Positions 27,544 through 32,000 of a stretch of 32,000 bases of DNA are shown in pieces. This DNA comes from Alkanindiges illinoisensis DSM 15370 (GTDB lineage Bacteria > Pseudomonadota > Gammaproteobacteria > Pseudomonadales > Moraxellaceae), in NCBI RefSeq assembly GCF_000619845.1, contig NZ_KK211037.1:230027-262026 (forward strand), written 5' to 3'. Each line of letters starts with the position of its first letter. Position 1 is the stretch's first letter. The notes below the pieces were generated by a model. It was not told where the DNA came from. It was given only the letters and a program-made list of their open reading frames with translations, and ran no database searches. The translations under genes were made by a program, and so were the position numbers.

Positions 27544-28212
27544 TTGATTACTTCATTTGGTTCATTTGACTTAATTATTTTTGACTGGGATGGCACGCTG
27601 TTTGATTCGGTATCGCCCATTATCGACTTATTTTTGGATGCCAAAAAAGAACAGCCGGAAAGTACGCAGGGGGAAGCTTTAAAGGAAAGTGGCATGGTGC
27701 CGGTGCTGGATCAGATCATTACCGCTGACCATGCCGTGCAAGTCAATGACTTAAAAATGCTGCTAAATCTTGAAGGCTTTACTACTTTCCGCAAGCCTGC
27801 CACGCTCTATGCAGGCATTGCAGAATTACTGGAACAGTTGTGGTCCTCAGGCCAGAAAATGGCAGTGGTTGCGGGCCGAGCCCAGGCTGAAGTGCTGGCA
27901 GAAATGCGTACACTAAAGATTGACCATTATTTTTTTTCTGTCGTGGGTTCTGATCAGGGACCGGTCAAGCCCAATCCAGCCATGATTCATGCCATTTTGG
28001 CGCTGGCAGAATGTGTACCCAATCGCGCACTGATGATAGGCGATTCTGCCATGGACATGGAAATGGCCACACTGGCACGGGTTTCCATGCTGGGCACGGC
28101 ATATGTGACCCGTGATCATGAAGAATACTGCCTCAAGCGGCTGGAACCCTGGCAACCGCTGGCCATTGCAGAGTCAGTGGATGAGCTTAGCCAGTTTCTG
28201 CTGGGTCAGTAA
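27544..28212 (+). CDS. HAD-IA family hydrolase paralog 1 (divergent; motif II Thr/Ser not evident)
   Basis: 222 aa with motif I FDWDGTLFDS, Lys motif KPNPAM and motif IV GDSAMDMEMA. The apparent start is TTG 27544; no in-frame ATG lies upstream. Confidence 0.8.
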   Translation: MITSFGSFDLIIFDWDGTLFDSVSPIIDLFLDAKKEQPESTQGEALKESGMVPVLDQIITADHAVQVNDLKMLLNLEGFTTFRKPATLYAGIAELLEQLWSSGQKMAVVAGRAQAEVLAEMRTLKIDHYFFSVVGSDQGPVKPNPAMIHAILALAECVPNRALMIGDSAMDMEMATLARVSMLGTAYVTRDHEEYCLKRLEPWQPLAIAESVDELSQFLLGQ

Positions 28213-28249
28213 TCATAAGTAGCACTTTAAATATTGTTCTGGAACATTA

Positions 28250-28906
28250 ATGACGGCTTTATCCCAATTACCTTTTGAACTGGTTATTTTCGACTGGGAT
28301 GGCACGCTGTTTGATTCGGTCTCGCAAATTGTGCAAAGCCTGCAATGGGCGGCGCAGCAATACCAGATTGACCTGACTACTGATGCAGCCAGAAATATCA
28401 TTGGTTTGGGACTCCCGGAAGTTATGCAAACCCTGTTCCCGGAACATGAAGCATTACACCCGCATATTCAGGCTGAATATTCACGGCATTATGTGGCCAA
28501 CTCCAACACGCAACGCTGGTTTGGTGGTGTGGATGAGCTATTAACCCAGCTTGAGCAACATGGGATTTTGCTGGCAGTAGCTACCGGGAAAAATCGCATT
28601 GGGCTGGATCGGGTCTTGGCACAAACCCAAAGCCGCCACCGTTTTATTGCCACGCGGTGCGCCAATGAAGCCCGATCCAAGCCGCATCCGCTGATGCTGG
28701 AGCAATTGCTGCAAGAAACAGGCATTCCCGTTGAGCGAGCAGTGATGGTGGGGGATACCACCTATGATATGCAAATGGCACAAAGTATTGGTATGCCACG
28801 CATTGGTGTCAGCTACGGTGTACATTCCGAAGCTGAGTTGGCTGTATATCAGCCACTGGCAATTGTGCATTCAGTGGCTGAACTGGCGCAGGTATTGATG
28901 CCTTAA
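28250..28906 (+). CDS. HAD-IA family hydrolase paralog 2 (phosphoglycolate phosphatase-like)
   Basis: 218 aa with the complete motif set: FDWDGTLFDS, LAVATGK, KPHPLM and GDTTYDMQMA. Confidence 0.88.
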   Translation: MTALSQLPFELVIFDWDGTLFDSVSQIVQSLQWAAQQYQIDLTTDAARNIIGLGLPEVMQTLFPEHEALHPHIQAEYSRHYVANSNTQRWFGGVDELLTQLEQHGILLAVATGKNRIGLDRVLAQTQSRHRFIATRCANEARSKPHPLMLEQLLQETGIPVERAVMVGDTTYDMQMAQSIGMPRIGVSYGVHSEAELAVYQPLAIVHSVAELAQVLMP

Positions 28907-28942
28907 ACGCGTTTTTTTATCAAGGTAAGGATTATTTCAACC

Positions 28943-29254
28943 TTAGGTGCTTTTCAGTTCACCTTGCTGCGGTGCACTGGCCTGATCATCGTTCAACACT
29001 TGCCACACGCCATTGCCATAATCTGGATGCACCCGGTCAAGCAGGGCAAGCTGGCGCTCAATGATAAACGCAGGAACATCTGCCATGGCTTCGCTGATAT
29101 TTTGATACAAGTGTTGCTTTTGATCATCATTAAATAAATTAAACAGGGCAGTTACCTGTACCAAGTCATTGTTGCCGGCATCATTGCGGTGATTAAAGCG
29201 GTCAGCAAAGTCCGCCTGCAACCGTAACGATGGCTGTTTAAAGGTTATTGCCAT
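28943..29254 (-). CDS. Stand-alone catalase-related (catalase C-terminal) domain protein
   Basis: 103 aa. ADRFNHRNDAGNNDLVQVTALFNLFNDDQKQHLYQNISEAMADVPAFIIERQLALLDRVHPDYGNGV follows, from memory, the conserved C-terminal segment of monofunctional catalases (...NHR.D.D...L...L..D.Q..L..N.A..........I..R.......D..YG..V). No catalase heme core is adjacent. Confidence 0.7.
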   Translation of the reverse strand: MAITFKQPSLRLQADFADRFNHRNDAGNNDLVQVTALFNLFNDDQKQHLYQNISEAMADVPAFIIERQLALLDRVHPDYGNGVWQVLNDDQASAPQQGELKST

Positions 29255-29290
29255 AAAGCTGGCATCGTTAAGTTAATGCCCTAGTTCTCA

Positions 29291-31033
29291 TTAGGCCAAT
29301 AAGGACGAGGGCATTAAAGACTGGGCAGCTTCTGGCTGTGATTGGCGTTCAAAATGCAAATAATAAGCAATGTAGCCTGAAAGATTATGTTCACTGTCAT
29401 CAATGCGGGTACGGAAGCGATCATGCCGGACAAAGAAGGCATTTAAAATGGTTTGTGGACTACCAAAATACATAGCCATTTCCGGATAGAAAAAACCGAT
29501 GCGCTGGTAATTTGCACGCAGCTCAATCGTATCTTCCAGTTCAGGCAGGCACGCCTGTTGCAGCAATGCGGTTTGCTGGGCATCCTTGCTGGGGTTGGCC
29601 TTTAAGCGGCATACCATTTTATGCGCTGACATGAGCATTTCCAGAAAGGTGGCATAAGCAGTTTGACGGTTTTTAATAAATTTTAGATTCTTTAGATAAT
29701 TGTTTAGTCCAAATTCAAAATAACGTGGATCTGGCTTAATCATGCTGAGCTCATTGGTACAGTAGCTGAGCCAGTGATCGTGATATTTCCAGTAGTCCTT
29801 GGCAATAAAGTGTTCAAACATCTGCTCTACCGTGGCCAGCAATTCAGGGGTTTGATTGATTTGATACAGGCGCAACAAGGCAAAAGCAGCTTCGCCATCA
29901 TAATAAACAATGCGAAATTTCTCCTTGAGTTCAAGTGAAGGGTAATGCAGCACATGAATGGTTTCACCACTGGATGACACCATGGACAAAATGCCTTTCG
30001 CAATTTTCTCTGCATAAGGCAGATACTGGGCATCCTGTGTGAGCTGATAATATTTGGTAATCATTAGAATGGCTGCTGCATTGGCACCCAGCTTGATTTC
30101 CTGCTGAGGCGCAGTGCCATCCAGCATGTACCCTAAAGTCTGGTTATTAATATGAACCTCAGCATATAAATGCTGCACGGCAAACTCGATGGCTTGGCGA
30201 ATTTTAGGAAGATAGTTCGGTTGCGCCTGAACTTCCAGACTTTCAATTAGTGCATATAGTGAGGTGCAATGACGTACCGTATTATAACTTTTAAGGGTTT
30301 TATTGTAGGCAGGAAAATAGCCATAGATAAACTTACCATTAGGCTGGATTTGTTGATAAAGAAACTCGGCATTAGCGGTAATTAAATTGCGAATATGAGA
30401 TTTAAAATCTGAATGATTAATAGCGCGAATGCCATTAAGCATACCTTTAGAATTAAGTTCAATAATCAAATTATTTTGAATAAATAGGCTAAAAGTATCA
30501 AATAAAATAATAGGCTGATTCTTTATGCCAGTTAATACTAATTTTGGCTGATGTTTATATTTCTTTTTAATATAGCTGGCTAGATTTGCCTGATCAAAAT
30601 AACCGGGCTGAGTAATTTTTTCACTCTTAATGATTGCACTGCCATATAGCTCCTGTTCTAAAAATGCCAGTTCAAAACGCGAATCAAAAGAAATTCCACG
30701 CCGAAAGTGGTTGTTGTGGGGCTGAGCCTGAATAAGTTGTTGAAGTGCTTCAAAGCTCGTCTTTTCAAACTGGTAAGCTAGATCAACTTTAATAAACTCT
30801 GGCAGGGATTGATTTTTTTCATAAAGTTTAGCTAAAAAATTCTGACAGCGTTTCCATGCTGCATCAAAATTGTCATGAGTGGTCTGCCAGACCTGAGCAC
30901 GCTGACTCCTGTTGCCATATGAGACAAACAAAACGTAAGGACAACCAGAAGCAGGCAGAAAAGTGTGCTGCTTGTCATTGAAATACTGATAGATTTGATC
31001 CATTAATTTTTTAAAATCAGGGGATTGGCTCAT
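29291..31033 (-). CDS. Hypothetical 580-aa protein; C-terminal part possibly an alpha/alpha-toroid (six-hairpin-like) fold
   Basis: A long clean ORF. Spaced motifs (SYNTVRHCTSLYAL, LGANAAAILMITKYY, YYDGEAAFALLRLY, DHWLSYCTNEL) suggest repeated helical hairpins. I cannot name a family. Confidence 0.6.
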   Translation of the reverse strand: MSQSPDFKKLMDQIYQYFNDKQHTFLPASGCPYVLFVSYGNRSQRAQVWQTTHDNFDAAWKRCQNFLAKLYEKNQSLPEFIKVDLAYQFEKTSFEALQQLIQAQPHNNHFRRGISFDSRFELAFLEQELYGSAIIKSEKITQPGYFDQANLASYIKKKYKHQPKLVLTGIKNQPIILFDTFSLFIQNNLIIELNSKGMLNGIRAINHSDFKSHIRNLITANAEFLYQQIQPNGKFIYGYFPAYNKTLKSYNTVRHCTSLYALIESLEVQAQPNYLPKIRQAIEFAVQHLYAEVHINNQTLGYMLDGTAPQQEIKLGANAAAILMITKYYQLTQDAQYLPYAEKIAKGILSMVSSSGETIHVLHYPSLELKEKFRIVYYDGEAAFALLRLYQINQTPELLATVEQMFEHFIAKDYWKYHDHWLSYCTNELSMIKPDPRYFEFGLNNYLKNLKFIKNRQTAYATFLEMLMSAHKMVCRLKANPSKDAQQTALLQQACLPELEDTIELRANYQRIGFFYPEMAMYFGSPQTILNAFFVRHDRFRTRIDDSEHNLSGYIAYYLHFERQSQPEAAQSLMPSSLLA

Positions 31034-31406
31034 TATTTTAAATCCTGAAACTTTGATCCATATTAAATTTTAAAACTATAGCTTTTTTAATAACTTAAAA
31101 ACTAAAATTTGGCAGATTCTATTTTGTTAAATAATGTTATTGGGTAATATTTGAACAATATATTTCAAAATTTAAATAATGAAAGAAATTATTTCAGTAT
31201 TAATATTTAGGAAATTTTCTTATTTTAATATCTTTTTAAAATTATAATTTACATTAACTGTTCATAAGTATAAATAAATTCACATTAGAAACAAAAATAA
31301 TTTCATATATTGAAAAACAGCAGCTTTAAGAACTTATTTATGAGTTAATTCTGTTGCCAAAACTAATAAAGGATTAATTAAGAACCCTGTTAAAAGAGGT
31401 AAAATC

Positions 31407-32000
31407 ATGGCCGCTAATATCGTTGTTGTCTCTAAGCATTCGGCAGAAACCTTACAAAACACTGTAAGTAATCGTATAACACTCAATGAACCATCCATCG
31501 TGCAGATGGGTGTAAACCGGGCTGATGTTGCAAAGATGGAGCGACTGGAAAATTCTCTGGTCGTTACACTAAAAAATGGTGAAGTTGTCACATTAGATGG
31601 CTTTTTTGATGCGGCTAATAGTACCAGTAATAGCCTGGTCTTGCGCGATGCAGATGGGTCATTCTGGCTGGCTGAGGTTAACCCACAAAACGGGGCATTT
31701 GCCTTAATTGATTATTTACCCCTTGAATCGATAGAACCTTTATTGCTGACTGAAGGAACAGGAATTGCAGCAATGCCCTGGTTGCTAGGTGCATTAGGGG
31801 TAGGAGGCGTGGCGGCCCTGGCAAGTTCTGATGGCGGCGGCAGTAGTTCAAATAATAATGATGGTGATGGCGACGCTGATGCTGATACTGACGCAGATGC
31901 CGACGCAGATGCCGACGCAGATGCCGATGCCGATGCCGATGCCGATGCTGACGCTGACGCTGACGCTGACGCTGACGCTGACGCTGACGCTGACGCTGAC
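31407..32000 (+). CDS. bap: Bap-like giant biofilm-associated adhesin, N-terminal part (3' end lies outside the window)
   Basis: Not in the ORF track because there is no stop before the window end. ATG 31407 has AAGAGGT 6 nt upstream. MAANIVVVSKHSAETLQNTVSNRITLNEPSIVQMGVNRADVAKMERLENSLVVTLKNGEVVTLDGFFDAANSTSNSLVLRDADGSFWLAEV... matches the BapA-prefix domain pattern of Acinetobacter Bap and type-1-secreted adhesins. A hydrophobic segment (AAMPWLLGALGVGGVAALA) follows, then a G/S/N linker and the DA repeat. Confidence 0.8.
   Translation, partial: MAANIVVVSKHSAETLQNTVSNRITLNEPSIVQMGVNRADVAKMERLENSLVVTLKNGEVVTLDGFFDAANSTSNSLVLRDADGSFWLAEVNPQNGAFALIDYLPLESIEPLLLTEGTGIAAMPWLLGALGVGGVAALASSDGGGSSSNNNDGDGDADADTDADADADADADADADADADADADADADADADADADAD
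31872..32000 (+). repeat. In-frame hexanucleotide microsatellite encoding (Asp-Ala)n, built of homogeneous sub-arrays
   Basis: Read directly: gacgct gatgct gatact, then (gacgcagatgcc)x3, (gatgcc)x3, gatgct, then (gacgct)x8 plus gac, running off the window end. Confidence 0.95.

Noticed and set aside
28907-28942. Palindrome aaacgcgttt followed by a T-run as a terminator between the convergent HAD and catalase-related genes
   Set aside because: The stem is only 5 bp with no loop, which is too weak to annotate confidently.
31179-31247. 22-codon ORF (MKEIISVLIFRKFSYFNIFLKL) in the AT-rich bap upstream region
   Set aside because: It has no Shine-Dalgarno. Its AT-rich codons are expected by chance, and there is no supporting evidence.
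31872-32000. Possibility that the short periodic repeat is a CRISPR array or non-coding satellite
   Set aside because: The period is only 6 nt with no spacers. It lies in frame within the bap ORF and encodes Asp-Ala.

Overview
The window looks like core chromosome of an Acinetobacter-like gammaproteobacterium (Moraxellaceae). That assignment is inferred from gene content and order only. Positions 1-9.6 kb carry the tail of rpsC, then a complete run rplP-rpmC-rpsQ / rplN...rpmD-rplO-secY-rpmJ / rpsM-rpsK-rpsD-rpoA-rplQ, all on the + strand, tightly packed, with hairpins at the operon junctions. Positions 9.6-17.9 kb are a mixed housekeeping and accessory stretch. It holds a carboxylesterase, an AlmA-type flavin monooxygenase behind a palindromic operator, an amber-interrupted low-GC gene, an acyl-CoA dehydrogenase, sdhE plus a ygfX-like gene, a YidB/DUF937 protein, a 60-aa membrane peptide and an aldo/keto reductase. 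Positions 17.9-19.4 kb hold a small HTH gene, a very low-GC orphan gene and tRNA-Lys(UUU). Positions 19.4-25.7 kb (minus strand) hold a FATP-type acyl-CoA synthetase, a long MerR-family regulator and RNase E. An 847-bp structured gap then separates rne from divergent rluC. Positions 27.5-32 kb hold two tandem HAD hydrolase paralogs, a stand-alone catalase-related domain ORF, a 580-aa protein of unknown family, an extremely AT-rich 373-bp gap, and the 5' end of a Bap-like giant adhesin that runs into an (Asp-Ala)n hexanucleotide repeat at the window edge. I saw no CRISPR array, IS element, transposase, integrase or rRNA. I cannot demonstrate a novel multi-gene system from sequence alone. The best candidates are the 580-aa / catalase-related-domain pair next to bap, and the tRNA-Lys-adjacent low-GC orphan plus HTH gene. 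rpmJ, the rpsC tail and the bap 5' end are absent from the supplied ORF track and were read directly from the sequence.
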